NCBI RefSeq assembly: GCF_035594765.1
Contig: NC_085841.1
Span: 319,309,402-319,373,401 of the forward strand
From: Anolis carolinensis
Taxonomy: Eukaryota
DNA: 64,000 nucleotides
Direction of reading: 5' to 3'
Part shown: positions 1 through 13,719 of the stretch, in pieces
How positions within the stretch are numbered: position 1 is the stretch's first letter
How the letters are laid out: every line of letters starts with the position of its first letter
Notes under the pieces: generated by a model
The model's database searches: none
The model's input: only the letters and a program-made list of their open reading frames with translations
Told to the model about the DNA's origin: nothing
Translations under genes and position numbers: made by a program

Positions 1-1058
1 TACAGTTTATGTTATAAATAACTGTACATATTTAACTTATTTATTGGTTACAATATGTTGATAGAAACAGGGTTGGCAGCCACGCATGGGTCCATGACCG
101 ATGCCATGAAAAAATGGTGAGATGTATTAGTGCAGTTTACTGTTCATTTCCATCCTGGGACACCTGTACTTCTGCACCCCCAGTAGCCACCTGACTTTTC
201 CTCTCTTAACAGAAAGGAGACACTAACCGGATACATTGTCCATGACACATACTTCCAAGTTGTGATGAAGGAACAGAATAGACAACATAACAGTACACAA
301 AAATAACCAAGCACAGGGTGGGTGGGAAGGGACCAACTCGAACAAGACTGAGCTGTGAGCTCGGCATGCCCTGAATTCATCTGCTTGGATGGATCACAGG
401 CGAGCCAGGGCCAGCCAATCAAGTTGCAGGCCAGAGCCTACACTTAACTGGCTGAGCAGGTAGGGTGCATCAAAGAGAGTGGGGACATCGGCTCTTGGGA
501 AGAAGGAGTCCCATGCAGATGGCGGGCAGAAGGGAGCACCCCACTGCCGCAACATCCCTGCCCGGTAGGTCGGGCAGGGCATTTTTAGAAAATTGTGAAG
601 ATGGAAAATGGGATATCAGCAGGATTGTCCAGATACATATAATCTCTTCCTAACCAATGCCTTTAAAAAGAACAGGACAAATGTATATTGGTCCTATTGT
701 GAATCATTTCCGATGTATTACTTTGATTTGTTTGTGTGCTCTTACTCATTAATAATGTTTGCAATCGTGATTACACTCTGATGTTGGTTGACCACATATG
801 TCCCACTTCTCATCTGTGAAATGTTGAGAGATATGTTACTATCATTTGTTGTTTCTTGTTCTTTCATTCTATCAATATCCAAACTTCAGTCCTCCCATTT
901 AATCCTTCCCCAGTCCAGTCTCACATTTTCTTAATACTTATATTTCTTTATATGTGTCTTAGCACAGTTTTAGTGTTGCTTTGAGTCTACTTTGTGAGCC
1001 ACTTTGAGTCTTCTTTGTGGAGAAAAAAAGCTGGGTATAATTAATAGTAGTAGTAGTA

Positions 1059-1396
1059 CAGTAGAGTCCCGCTTATCCGACTTCTGCTCATCCAATACAC
1101 AGTATTATCCGATGCCCGGGGCCACCGTCCTTGCTCGCTCACTCAGCCACCCTCCTGAGCCAGCAGGGCCCTGGTTCTGCGTGAACGAGGGAGGGCAGGT
1201 GGCAAAGCCGATAGCGGCGGCAGAAGCAGGAGCCTGGCCTTCCTTTCCTGCCTCCTCCAGACCCCAGCTCTTTACTCTGCTCATCCCAGTGGCAAAGGTA
1301 GTGGCTCCTGCTTCTGCCGCCCTCCCTATTATCCAACAGTTTCGCTTTTCCAACATTCTGCCCGCCCGTTTATGTCAGATAACTGAGATTCTACTG
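1059..1396. mobile_element. Tc1/mariner-type non-autonomous DNA transposon (MITE)
   Basis: Left TIR CAGTAGAGTCCCGCTTATCCGAC; right end reverse-complements to CAGTAGAATCTCAGTTATCTGAC; TA on the left flank, CA on the right. Confidence 0.8.
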
Positions 1397-1519
1397 CAGT
1401 AATAATAATAATTTTATTAAGTAGCAACACTCCCGTTAGCAACTTGTCTGTCTCTGTTCTGGCCCATTTTTAATATCATGATTGATTTTGATTGACTCTT
1501 ATTATTTTAAATGTGCATA

Positions 1520-2067
1520 CAGTGAAACTTCTACATAAGAGCTAGAGGCAGAGTATAGGGTTTTAGAGTTTCAAGGGAGCAGCCTCCATGCTTCATGTTC
1601 TTGTCCACTTTGGGAGATTGCTGTCCGCTTTCCTCTTGTCTGCTTTGAGAAACTTTGGGTTAGTTGATTTTGTGTGGTTTTTATTCCTGATATGTTTAGC
1701 TTCATGAATAGAGGGAGGGAGAGCAAGAGAGGGAGGGAGCTTGATTGAGGAAGGGAGTATTTCTGAAGAAAAGGGCTTTTGTGCCTCTTCACTTTGTGCT
1801 TCTTTAGCACAACTTTGTGCTGCTACCATTTTAAAGTTGATATTTCTTTTTTATTGTTCCATGCAAATGTGCATTTATACATTATTTGTTATTTATAAAG
1901 TACATTTTCTTATTTAAAAACATATTACAAAAATGGGGGGGGGGGGTTCCAGGCACAGAATGGATAAATAGCATTTTCAATGGAGAAATTTGCTTTAAAA
2001 TAAAAGCATTTTTGAGTTAAGAGCTCAGTCACGGAACAAATTAAATTATTAAGTCAAGGTATCACAG
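1520..2067. mobile_element. Degenerate pogo/Tigger-like MITE
   Basis: TA-CAGTGAAACTTCTACATAAGAG ... TTAAGTCAAGGTATCACAG-TA, an imperfect TIR pair. Confidence 0.4.
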
Positions 2068-3149
2068 TACTTTGTACAACAAAAAAAAGCATTAAAACAG
2101 GGAGGAAATAGAAATATTGCTGCATTCTTACTATTGAACAGATGGAAACTGTCCAGAGAAATTTTCTCCTGTACTTTGAAAAAGCCTTCTCCATAATAAG
2201 AATGGACTAAAAAGGCAAGGTCTGTATAATGTTGATGAATACAATTTTATAAATCCCTTCCACATCTTGACAGCTATGCAATTGAACACATTATGTTGTC
2301 CTAATCAGAGTTGGGGTGGAAAGGTTGAATAAGTATGCAAAACGCCTTAGAAATACCTATGATATTTGAAATCATCTTAACATATTACTCTGGTGTTAGT
2401 TTAGGAAATGTAGCTAAGTAATGTCTCCCAGCCTGCCCGCACAGCCCATGTTGAGAAACAGCTGCCAGATCAGGCAAAGAAGGTCTGTTCAGGGCACAAT
2501 GAGGATATTTTCAGCCCACTTCCACCAGTGCGCAAGACTTGAACAAGGACGTATACCAGGGATCCTGCTTCCCGTGGTTGCAACTTCACTTGCTAGTGGA
2601 AGGGATGTGGAAGTATCATCTTCTTTGTGCCCCAATTGCCAGCTGAATGGGCCTCTACTAAATTGGCTGGCTTTTATGGTTGTCTGAGATGATATTTATG
2701 TAAGACAACAGAAACACTACTAAGTTTTACTAAATACAAATCAATTATGAACCTGTAACTCTATGTTATGCATCTATAACAAATATTGAATTCTAGCTTC
2801 AGTATACTAAGACCTCTTCCAGTGGGCATTTATGGTTTTCAGTTTTTAATTCATCTTTTTCATTAGCAAAAGTGAATTATATCCAGCATTGCATTATGTT
2901 CACATTAAGGTCTGCCTCAATAGCTGATTGAATGTGATCAAATACCAGGCAGAGGTATGTGGCCTTGACAAATTGAATGATGGGGCTGAAACAATAAGAT
3001 TGTATTTGTATCTGGATCTGGTAGGCCACAACATGCTCCAAAACCATCTCTTCGGTCGAGGAACTATACAACTCTGAACAAGCATCCAAGGCGTTAACAT
3101 CAGTGGACATTGCTGAATCGAACAGTATCTGTAACATAGCTATAAACAC

Positions 3150-3846
3150 TAGGGTTGTGTGATTCGTGTAAACCGTGATCCATTTCAGTGTCCTAGATTT
3201 TGGTGGGGGCCCTGAACTATTTTTCAGGAGCCTCCTGAATACAGGAGGACCAAAATTCATTTTTGATCTGGGAAGCTGAAAGAGTTGTTTTCTATTTGGC
3301 CCTTTGGCGGCAATGGGAGGGACTTCCCAGGCTCCCCTTCCCATCATTTTAGGCATTATTTGTCCTTTTATCCTTCATTAAAACTGGATTAAAAGCATCA
3401 GTTAAGCTACCACTATTTTTGGGATGGTTTGTCCTTATATCCTTAATTAAGCACTGTATTAAAAGCAATAGGGTAAAGATGCCATTCTTTCTGCGATCTT
3501 TTCCCTTCTGTCTTTCAACGAGAACTGGGTTTAAGACAAGAGCTTAAGAAAACACCCTTTCTGAGATCCTTTCCCTTCTGTCTTTCAAGGAGATCTGGAT
3601 TTAAGGCAAGAGCTTAAGAAAACACCCTTTCTGAGATTCTTTCCCTTCTAGTGTCTGTCTCCCTCCCTGCACTCTATGTGTAGCCAAAAGAAACAAAAAA
3701 CAGATGTTTTTTGGTAGCCACTGTTCTGTTGCAGCCAGAAAAAAAATGGTGGCGGAGCCCATGCCATTACGGGCATCCAAACCAGTCTGCTGCTGCTGCA
3801 GAGCAGCCAAAGACCATTTTTGAAAACGAAACTGTACACAATCCTA
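3150..3846. mobile_element. Non-autonomous hAT element (TAGG termini) with an internal ~69-bp tandem repeat
   Basis: TIRs TAGGGTTGTGTG / TACACAATCCTA; 8-bp TSD ATAAACAC (3142-3149) / ACAAACAC (3847-3854); repeated TTTCTGAGATCCTTTCCCTTCT...AAGAGCTTAAGAAAACACCC units at ~3485-3650. Confidence 0.8.
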
Positions 3847-4487
3847 ACAAACACCCATAACAAGCCCCCATTATAATCATAATGGGAAATATACAGTTGA
3901 CCCCCAGTGTTTTCTAAAGTTTGTTATATACTGGATGCAGAATTCATGGTTATGGAACGCCCTGTATATGGCTGTATATATGTATTTTAGCCTAGCCTCG
4001 CTGTTTCTCTTACAAGCAGTATCTGTCAGCATGTCTGGCCAGTTTATCAGCTTGTCAGTAACAGTATGGCTTGAAGGCAACATTGCAGCTTGCAAAAGCA
4101 ATCTGATTGCTATCTTCTTTTGGCTTCCTTTATTCTCTCCCTAGTCTCTGCCCGGCCTATCTGCTGTTCTATTTGATCCAATCAAAACAAATGTGCCCAT
4201 GGTACCTTGTTTATGTCAACAATCTGATCCTTCAGATAATTGGAGATAAAATAAACAAACACAGGTCCTGCTATATCTGGGCTTTTGGCTGTCTTCCACC
4301 AAATTACATCACCAATTGCACCTGCTAGGTCATTATTATTGCTCAAATCTGCTCATATCTCAATGCTGATAGAAATACAGGATTCTCATCTGTCCAGATT
4401 TTACCAGTCTCTTTTCTGCCAGTAACACACATGCATCCAATCTAATACTCACAGCTTTCTGCATTATATCTTATACTCTATGTTATA

Positions 4488-4997
4488 TGGGTTGAGCATC
4501 CCTTATCAAGAATTCTGAAAAACAGTTAAGTCTCCTGTTAGGGTTAGAGGCACAGGACCCATCTAAAAGTTCAAAACTATGGATGAAAAAGTTGTCTGGA
4601 GAGAATGCCTCTCTTTGACTCTTTAGGTAATCCAATGTGACTCTATCTATGGTCAGTGTCCAGCTGAAGTTGATCAAATAGTCACACTGGAGGACCTATA
4701 GATTTCTAGAGAGAACATATAAGCAAATCCATGGATGATTGAATCCTCAAAAGCCAAACCCACAACTGCGGAGAGTCAGCAAGGACAAAATTATTCAAAA
4801 TGTTACATAAAATTAGCTTCAGATTGTATATAAGGTGTATATGAAAAATAAACTAATGTTGTGTTTAAACCTATATCTCATCTCCAAGAAATCGCATGTT
4901 GTATGTAAGCAAATGTAGATATTCTAAAATTCCATAAAAATCTGACATTCAAAGCATTTCTAGTTCCAAGCATTTTAGATAAGGGATATTCATCCTG
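4488..4997. mobile_element. pogo/Tigger-like MITE with a second MITE nested at ~4522-4780
   Basis: TA-TGGGTTGAGCATCCCTTATC ... GATAAGGGATATTCATCCTG-TA; the nested part (GGGTTAGAGGCACAGGACCC) resembles 26728-26963. Confidence 0.65.
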
Positions 4998-5119
4998 TAC
5001 TTTATAGGTTATACTCTATATGTACATTTTTAGGCCTCAATGTTGTTGAACAAATCAGAACAGCTTGTAACAGGTCTGAAGGTTACCAATTCCAGATTTA
5101 GAAAAATGACTTATGTCAC

Positions 5120-5310
5120 TTTTTTGTTGTTTCTTCAGGTTGATCCTGACTTGTGATGACCCTACCATAGTATTTTCTTGGAAAGATTTATTCAGAGGAG
5201 GTTTGGCAATGTCTTCCTCAAAGGCTGAGAGTTGGATTTTCCCAAGATCATCCAATATCTGATTTCCTGGAGTCCTAATCCAACACTCAAATGAATATAC
5301 CATGTTTACT
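5120..5310 (-). mobile_element. Degenerate tRNA-derived SINE (BovB-type tail)
   Basis: Reverse-complement similarity to 9828-9970 and 13380-13560 (CAGAGGAGGTTTGGCAATGTCTTCCTCAAAGGCTGAGAG...CCAACACTCAAA). Confidence 0.55.
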
Positions 5311-5789
5311 CTATATCTATTCCATCCTGTATGAAAAGATCTCAGGGTATGTACAGAAATTAGATCAATACCAATATTTTAAAAATAATTGAAAATAATA
5401 CCAAAATCTTCAATAGACTAAAACCTATTAAACACATCAACAAGTTATAGGAGGTATCAAATATTAAAAGAGTTTAGAATAACAACTAATGAATCAAATG
5501 AAGAAGAAAATGCTATCCAAGCTTATCAAGGATCTCTTACACTTCATCTCATTTCAAGCAGTATTTTAATATTTAGTTATCAGGAAGAAAGGGTATGAGC
5601 TGCACAGAGTAAACATTCAGAACCTTCATTCAGATCTTTTGTGAATGGAAGCTGACTTGAAAAGGGAAATCTATTTATGTAATACATGTAGAAAAATGGG
5701 TAATCCTCAGGTACTTTTCACTGTATCTATCTATAAACTGAAAAACATAAATTGCTGAATTGCTATTGCTGCAAAAATGAGTTTTGTGT

Positions 5790-6190
5790 CAACACTATGA
5801 AACAGAACTGCAGAGCTTTTGGGAGTCTGGGACTGCACCCAAATGGTTTCCACACATCCATGGACCTCAGAAATGTTCTCCATGTATTTCTCATTAAGGA
5901 CAGTCTGCCCTGCTCTGTCTAAGACTACCTTATGTTCCCTAATTTTCTGGAGAGTAGCTACATGGCCTTCCAGCAAGGTCACCAACTTGCACAGGTTGGG
6001 GGTGTAGCTACTAACACACTGCAATAAGAACAAAAAATATGCCACAGCTGTTGCAGGTGACTGCAGCAGCTCCCTTACTATCCATATTCAGTAGTCTTGG
6101 GTAGGCACTGAAGCAGAACTCCAAGTCTCCTCCTCAAATTCCCCTGCTAAACGCCCACACAAAATGCCTGTTGGCCTTTCTGCCTTTTCG
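5790..6190 (-). pseudogene. CR1 LINE 5' region / ORF1 N-terminus remnant
   Basis: Minus strand reads MDSKGAAAVTCNSCG...SYTPNLCKLVTLLEGHVATLQKIREH across a frameshift: the CxxC zinc finger plus coiled-coil pattern typical of CR1 ORF1. Confidence 0.6.
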
Positions 6191-7641
6191 AAGAGCTTGT
6201 TCCAAATGCACAATAGATGCTTTTTCAGTTTCTTTTATCAGGACAATTTAAACAGTCAGTACAGGCAAAGAACTTTAATGATTTCTAAAGAAGCTGTCCA
6301 AGGTGCTGAATCTATTTTTGGACCTTGGATAGCTCTTTTAAAATTCAGACTAAAACCTAGAGTGCATTCACTGCCCTCTCTAGCATGAAAGCTGCCAGAA
6401 ACCACCAAGTCTGCTTTATCCTTGCCTTGGCAGGACAGTCCTGGAGATTGATAGCTACAGATCTGGGGAAAGAATTCAATGGCAAAATACTGCATCGATA
6501 GTGCTAATAGTTGCTGCTTTTCCAGTGTTCGGACTGAAATCATGTCCTTACATAGCAGGAAGGCACACATTGTGTTCTTGCATTGATGCCAAGAAACCTG
6601 ATTGCTATGGGTTGATGCCAAAGCTGTCCTGTGGACTGCAAAGCTCAATTCCTGCCTTGTGCAAAGAGGCTGTCAGAAGCACGTCTACCACAATATTAGC
6701 ACTTCATTCATTACTGGCTTGCACTGAAACAGGTCCACCCATTTCCCACAAGAACTCTGTGATAACTCGCTCAAGCCACCTGAGAGCTCTAGTGTAACAG
6801 CAGATACTGTTGCCAGGCAACCATCATTATATCTCCGTTTCTAAAAATGATCTGACTGGACTTGACCTTAGTTGTACATTAAGGGCACCCCCCAAAGCGT
6901 TTCCCAAAATAGATCAATTCTGTCAAACTGCCAGAAACAAAATTCCGTCATTACCCGGATATTTTGCAGCCCATTTGCCCAGAACATGATCCTGTGCCTT
7001 TGGCTCTCCCTGAGGATGACCACATACATTACCAATGGCTGATTTGCTCCATTTATAAATAACATTTCTACTTTTTTAGTCCTTGTGCACCAGTGTACAT
7101 TCACAACGAGCTAAAGCACAACCCAAATTCTGCTATATTTAGGCAGATTAGGCAAGTATTAACCCTAAAGATAGTATTGTTTTTTTTTAAAGAATGCATT
7201 GCTGGGCACAGCAGCAGAATTAATCCAAAATGACACCAGTTACTACAAAGAATACAGCAAATACACCTTGTGATCACCACTGCTGAACAAACACAGCGAG
7301 CTTGTTCATGCACTTAAAAAAAAAATCGGGTTTCCACCTCACCCAGGAAATGTGGGGCAAGAAGGAATTTGTCATGGATTTATTTGACTATGTGCCCATT
7401 TTGAAACACTCCAGGAGTCTTTTCACACTAGAAATTATAGCACCATGTTCCTATTTAAATTGCCATGATTTCATGCTGTGGAATCTTGGAGTTTGTAGTT
7501 TGATGAGGTACTAGCTTGTTGAGAATCCTAAATACATCTTCCTAAGCTACAAATCTCACAATTGCATAGAATGTAACCATGGTAGTTAAAGTTTAGTCAT
7601 GGTGCTATAAGTGTCATATGAAAAAAACCTCTTGTCTAGTA

Positions 7642-7956
7642 TACTGCTTCTTAAACTGTGAGTCCCAACCCCAGTGCTGTGATTCTCCAAAATTTGGCAA
7701 CAGTGAAAGTTTTCTGAACATCACCTAGTGGCTGTTTTAGACATTTGCACGAATCTGTTGTGCGGTGCTTACAGTGGACTCTGCAGAAAATGCTTCAGCT
7801 ATACTTTATAAAAAAAGGAAAATCAGCATGCTTGACAAACTTTGCAAATACTGATTTTTTTATCAGTAAATGTTTGATTTTTATACCCATATACCCGGGA
7901 TCATGCAAACATTTTTCAGGCTGAAAGGGGATGCAAATGGAAAAGTTTAAGCCCTG
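7642..7956. mobile_element. Non-autonomous hAT element
   Basis: Perfect 8-bp TSD GTCTAGTA (7634-7641 / 7957-7964); degenerate TIRs TACTGCTTCTTAAACT / AGTTTAAGCCCTG. Confidence 0.75.
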
Positions 7957-8069
7957 GTCTAGTAGAGGCTTGGGGAAATTGTCTGTCAAACTTACAGTTA
8001 ATGTAGAACCAGACTATTCAACACTGACCATACAATGCAGTTAGAATTTCATTCAGCCTAGAACCATTA

Positions 8070-8479
8070 CAGGCAGTCCCTAAGTTACAAACATCTGACT
8101 GACAAATGACTCATAGTTACAAACGGGTCTGAAACAACAGGAAGTGAGAGAAATCTTTCCCTAAGAAGGGAAATGCGCTCCTGGAAGAGTTATCATGGGG
8201 AAAAGATGTCCCCAATGAAGGTTAATCACCAATCATTGTTTCCACAACAAGCCAATTTTTTCAAAATCCAATTATCAAAGGGACAGCAAGTAAGGTGAAA
8301 TCTTCTGAACAGGGACAGAGACAGCAAAACAAACTCCATAGGGGTGTTAATCCTTCCCTATGCTATACAAAGCCTATATGGGGTTACATTTAAAAATGTA
8401 CCCATACCAGTTTACAAACAAATCCAACTTAAGAGCAAACCTGAAGAACCTATCTTGTTTGTATATTAGTGACTGCTTG
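8070..8479. mobile_element. pogo/Tigger-like MITE
   Basis: TA-CAGGCAGTCCCTAAGTTACAAAC ... GTTTGTATATTAGTGACTGCTTG imperfect TIRs. Confidence 0.7.
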
Positions 8480-8831
8480 CAATGCAGTTCAAATTCAATT
8501 CTATGGTTGTACACTGAACACATAATGCAGCTAAGTGCAGTTCTAACTGCATTATATGGTCAGTATATAAGTAACCCTAGTGAGGCAACATTCTAATGGA
8601 TTCCTCTCAAACACATATATTACACTCAGGCAAATATTTCCGCTCAATCTTCAAAAGAATCTGTCTGAGATTACCAGAGGAGTAGCTGTCTATTTTGAAG
8701 CTTGTCATATCAATTCATGTAGTCATGCTTTCACAGAAAATCCAAAACATCAGTCACCTTTGTTGATCCATATCAATGAACTGGTTCGCTAGAATCTTTC
8801 ATCATCACCAAGAACAGATATATTAAAGCTA

Positions 8832-9020
8832 TTTTTTTGTGTCAGAAGCAACTTTAGAACATACTGCAAGTCACTTCTGGTTTGAAAGAATTGGTCATCT
8901 ACAGAGACATTACCCAGGGGATGCTCAGATGTGTTGCTGGGAAGCTTCTCTCATGTCCCTACAAGCTAGAGCTGACTGATGGGAGCTCACCCAGTCTTAC
9001 GGATTCAAACTAGTAACCTA
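8832..9020 (-). mobile_element. 5'-truncated tRNA-derived squamate SINE
   Basis: T-run tail, then GTGTCAGAAGCAACTT...GCAAGTCACTTCTGG...GGGAGCTCACC...GGATTCAAAC (B-box-like on the minus strand). Confidence 0.6.
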
Positions 9021-9827
9021 GTTAGTAAAGCTAATAATCTTAACTGGTCAATCAAGACAAAACCACGATAAAATACACTGCTTGTATTTACTGGAAATAT
9101 TTTTTACACCATGCCCCCAGTACAGTGCCCTTGCACTATGCAGCATCCTTTTTACATCTTTTGAAAAGCTGCCCATAAAGGTATGCTGCTGAATCCTTCT
9201 TGCAGTGTAATATCCCAAATTCCATCCATAATTTCTAGAAGTCCATCAGCACCCCTGAGGAAATCCCATTTTAGCACAAATACTTTTCCATCAGTCAAAG
9301 TGTGTGTAGTTTGTTTGTACCTCAGATCTTGCTTATCTCAGAGCTATTATTAACTTGCATTGATTTTCTTTTAAATTCAGAGATGTACTGAAATTATAAG
9401 CACACTTCAAAATATACATAAAAGATTTTAATGTAAAGGCTCGTCCCTAGTATTTAATCGGTTTTTAGATGCACATTGTTTTTCTCTTCAGTGTTCAATC
9501 TCCAGCTCCAATATATCTTTCGTATAATGATTACATTGCCATTACTTCAGCCACATTTCATGAGCCTGACAAAAATCTTGGCTGCTTTCCTGATACTGGG
9601 ACGTGTATTGTGTGCACAGTTCTAACTGCATTCCTTACTTATCTTCTCTACAAATGGGCCACTACTCAGTAATAATTCATGGGGGAAACTCCTAGGTCCT
9701 ATGGAAAAAGTCCTAGGTCCAATTGATACTGCAGGAAAACCTCTAACTTGAACCTTGCAGAACTGATAGTTTTGAACTAGATGGACTAATAGTGACCACA
9801 ATGCCCAAAACTATTGGCTATTGAAAG

Positions 9828-10167
9828 CCAGCATGGTATACGTAGTGGTTTTACTGTTGGTCCAAGACTCCAGAAGACCAGGATCTGAATCATGGAAACC
9901 TACTGGGTGACCTTGGGCAAACCATACTCTAGCTAAGAAGGAAGCAATGGCAAAATGTTTTCTGAACAGGCTTTGGGGAGGTTGGGTGGGATTGGGAGGA
10001 TAAGAAATTTAAAAGCCATAGTGTATTTATTGTATTTTAATTCTATTTTTACCACACTGTTACTATTTAATTGTTTTTAAACTTTTTATTGGACTTTTAA
10101 AACTTGTCTAGTGTGAATTGTTAACCGCCTTGAGTCCCCACGGGGAGAAAGGCAGGTCATAAATAAG

Positions 10168-10237
<70 letters not shown>

Positions 10238-10270
10238 TTGCCATGAGTATACCATGATAAGCCATCAATA
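9828..10270 (+). mobile_element. tRNA-derived SINE interrupted by an L2-type 3' tail ending in (CAT)n
   Basis: GCCAGCATGGT...GTAGTGGTTT...GGGTGACCTTGGGCAAA...GCAATGGCAAA to ~9970, resuming at CTTGCC (10237); insert ends CCGCCTTGAGTCCCCACGGGGAGAAAGGC...AAATAA. Confidence 0.55.
10171..10236 (+). repeat. (CAT)22 microsatellite
   Basis: Perfect CAT array, read directly. Confidence 0.98.
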
Positions 10271-11519
10271 ACCACAAGAAATTTAATCTAAACATACCCT
10301 TGAAAACCTAAATTCACCAAGCAGAAACTGCTTATATTTTGATGATAAAGGTGCAGCAATGTTATTAGAACATTTTATGATGCACAAGACTTCATGCTTC
10401 AATGTGACCTTTAATGCAACCTTAAAATGGTGCTCATTTGCAACACAGGTATGTTCCTGTGCTGTTTTTCAGCACACACCAGACACGATCATAAATATTT
10501 TGATAGAAGCTCAAAGTTAAAATAAAAACTTCACACATCTAGGTCATTCTGTTACTAAGAACTCATTCTAGCACGGGCAGAGGTAAAGTATTTGAGCAAT
10601 ATATGCATATAGTTTCATGAATACAGTTTAGTTGCCCTGAAAGCTCTAAAGAAGAATAAACATGAGTGAACTGGGACAAAAACAATGGCATTTTAATACA
10701 TATATTCAGTTTTGCTAATTAAGTTGTCCTTTTCCAAATATATGACAAATCACATTTAATTCGTCAATGGTACAGGAACAGTGTAACTAACAGTAAAATA
10801 TTCTCAGCCACAAATGATATCTGAAAATAGGGCAAGAACAGAAGGCAAGAAGTTGCCCTAGAGGGCATGGTGATGCTGGTGAGCAGCTATTTGAATCTCA
10901 AATGCACAAAATTTTGTGAATGGCAGACAGAAGACAACTGTACAAAACAAATCTTATATAAGATCTTGAGTTGTCTTTGTACATAAGCTTGTAAAAGGTG
11001 GTGACAACCATAACCAGGATCTTAAATTACTTGACATTAAATTATCAAAGGAAAAGAACCTCAAAATGTCTATGCTGCCACCGACAGTGAAGCATAACAT
11101 ATCAAGTCTTCACAGCTCATGTGGAGATTAGTCCATCGGTAAAAATATATGAAAAGCCTTGTTGAAAGAAGGCTTTCTTCCATGGTGTTTCCAGTTTGGT
11201 AACCAAAGGCTACCACAGATGTGGACCCTTGTTTGAAAAATGGATGAGACTAGCTGTTTGCTTCCATAAGTATAAAAGTGATGGAAAAACTATTGTTACA
11301 TCAAAAAGAATGAAATAATCCCTCAATATTTTGCAATAGTAATAGGTTACATTATACCTTCATGGTTGAAAAAAATGAATTGATTACAATTAACCACAAG
11401 TTAACCCTATCTTCCCTGCTTGGAGGATTATGTGTTCCTATGAGTCATGAGGCTGCGGTGCTGCTGATGGGATATCCTATGTCATTCTCTGACAGCTCTT
11501 CACACAGGGGGAAGCATGG

Positions 11520-11722
11520 TGTGCACATTGAGAGCATGGCTTCCTCCATTGAAAAAATGGTAACATGGGAAGCCTCCCATGTTGACAGGACGGTGGAGGC
11601 GGCACACTGGTTCCACCCTCCATCCACAGAGCTGGCATGAGGTCATGTGATCAGAGCTGGCCGGCTCCGTGGGTGATCAGGGCTAAATCAGCATTTGCCA
11701 CCAAATCTAGCCCCACATTATG
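11520..11722. mobile_element. Interspersed repeat fragment, probably a Harbinger-type MITE, homologous to 28960-29246
   Basis: Shared AGCCTCC...GAGCTGGCCGGCTCCGTGGGTGATCAGGGCTA...TAGCCCCA block. Confidence 0.5.
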
Positions 11723-11729
11723 ATTCTAA

Positions 11730-11906
11730 GAGCTGTTCAGCAGTGGAACCCTCTGTCTCAGAGTGTGGTGGAAGAACTTTTCTTGGAGCCTTTTACACAG
11801 AAGTTGGATGGCCATCTGTCAGGGGTATTTTGTGATTTTCCTGCATGGTGGGGGGTTTGATGAGAAGGCTCATGTGGTCTCTTCCAGGTCTATGATCCTA
11901 TGATAC
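11730..11906 (+). mobile_element. CR1 LINE 3' end
   Basis: GAGCTGTTCAGCAGTGGAAC...TGGATGGCCATCTGTC...GTCTCTTCCAGGTCTATGATCCTATGAT (CR1 terminal octamer-repeat tail). Confidence 0.8.
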
Positions 11907-13220
11907 TATTTTTAAATTTGTTCTTCTTTATAATTCTATATATTGTTTGATATTATAAAAATGCATGTGTTAATAAAGATATATTTTAAAAGAATTTTCT
12001 TGTGCTAAACATGCAAAAATAGCCCTGTTCTATATATTATGACTACTTTAGGTAGGACTAGCAACAGAATTCAGGCTTAGGTTTTAAAATGAAATGCAAA
12101 TTTACACACAAAACCTAATGAAAGACAAAATGTGACACATATTTATTTATTTTTTAAATACCACCAAATACAGAAATACCTATATTCATGGCATATGAAG
12201 AACATTATTTTTGTGAGTTTTATTGAGTAATTGCATCATCTGAAAATTAAAAGATGACAGCATAGGGAATCATCATACAGTTGATGTAAGAATTGGACAA
12301 TGGGTAACCACTACTTATTTTAAAGCATGGTCCTCTTTTTTCTTTCATTATTGTATCATGCACATTAAAATAAAGGCACTGCATTACATCACAGCATAAG
12401 CCAAAAGGCTATTTCATCAGGTATTGTTGTCATATCATATTCATCATGTCAATGGACAGCCCTGATATTAATGAATGAATAAACATAGACTTGGGGACAT
12501 ATACTGTCCTATTTCTGCTCTGTTTTATCTTTGGGAGAGACGTTTACTGGTTCTTTTTACAGCCATTTTTATGTTCTATTAGTGCCCTCTGCAGTATTTT
12601 GTAAGAAAATACAAAATTTATGAACCTGAAAAGTTCAATAACACTGCTTGTAAGAAATATATTGAAAGGTTATATCCATCGTAAACTTGAATTACTGACT
12701 GCAATTTACTGTTGATTGTTACAATTTTTAACTTGATTTACTTGCATATAATCAGAAAGAACATAATGTTCTTACAGCTTTGATATGACTACTGCATGAT
12801 TATGGACCAAACATTTGGAAATATATTTAAATAAAAATAAACTCCTAATGGACACAAGAAAACACCTACATTTATTATTTGAAGGGGACAATGAGATGTG
12901 GGGATTTTTTTCCTATCTTTATGGATTTTATACCAAAAAGCCACACATTTTACTCTCCACCACACGTTTTATGTGAAAAATTATGGGATTTTTTTTTTGC
13001 AAAAAATCATGATTTTATGCAACTAATACTTTAGAAAACATTCCAAAATGAAGAAAATAATTAGAAAATTTGCAAAACCTTTCTTAATGGAATGGAATGG
13101 GGTAGTTTCCCCCCATCCTCTGCTTTCAGCAACGGAGGGCTTTGGTTAGACTACACTTAGTCTAATGAGTAGCTTTATTTGTTATGCCTAATATGTTACT
13201 TTGGGGGAGATTATTTATAT

Positions 13221-13355
13221 CAGTGGTTCCCAACCTTTGGGCCTACCAGTGTTTTGGACTTCAGTTCTCATAGTTTCTAACAACTGGTAATCTGGCTGGG
13301 ATTTCTGGGAGTTGAAGTCCAAAACACCTGGAGGCCCAAATATTGAGAACCACTG
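13221..13355. mobile_element. Short palindromic hAT MITE
   Basis: TIRs CAGTGGTTCCCAA / TTGAGAACCACTG; TSD ATTTATAT / ATTTAAAT; same family as 48859-48992. Confidence 0.85.
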
Positions 13356-13379
13356 ATTTAAATGATTGTGAGACATTTC

Positions 13380-13560
13380 TAGCATTGTGTAGTAGTTTGA
13401 GCATTGGAATATGAGTCTGGAGACTCTAAAGACCAGGATTCTCCTGCTCAGCCATGAAAACTAATCAGCATATCCTGGGCAAGTCACACACTTTGAGCCT
13501 CAGAAATCTCTATAGCACCTAGGGTCATTATAAATTGGAAGAAACGTGAAGGCACAGAAC
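13380..13560 (+). mobile_element. Degenerate tRNA-derived SINE (BovB-type tail)
   Basis: TGTAGTAGTTTGAGCATTGG...GACCAGGATT...GGGCAAGTCACAC...GAAGGCAC; homologous to 9828-9970. Confidence 0.55.
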
Positions 13561-13719
13561 AAGCACACATTAATAGCCTGCTACTCTTTAAATCATGGAT
13601 AAAATTAGCAGATATTAAAAAGAAAAAAATAATTATTTAAAAATACTATTGCAAGCAGGGTTGGACTGACTTGATCTGGTCAAGGTAAATGTTTTTGTAA
13701 TGGTGTTAAACAAAAGCAA

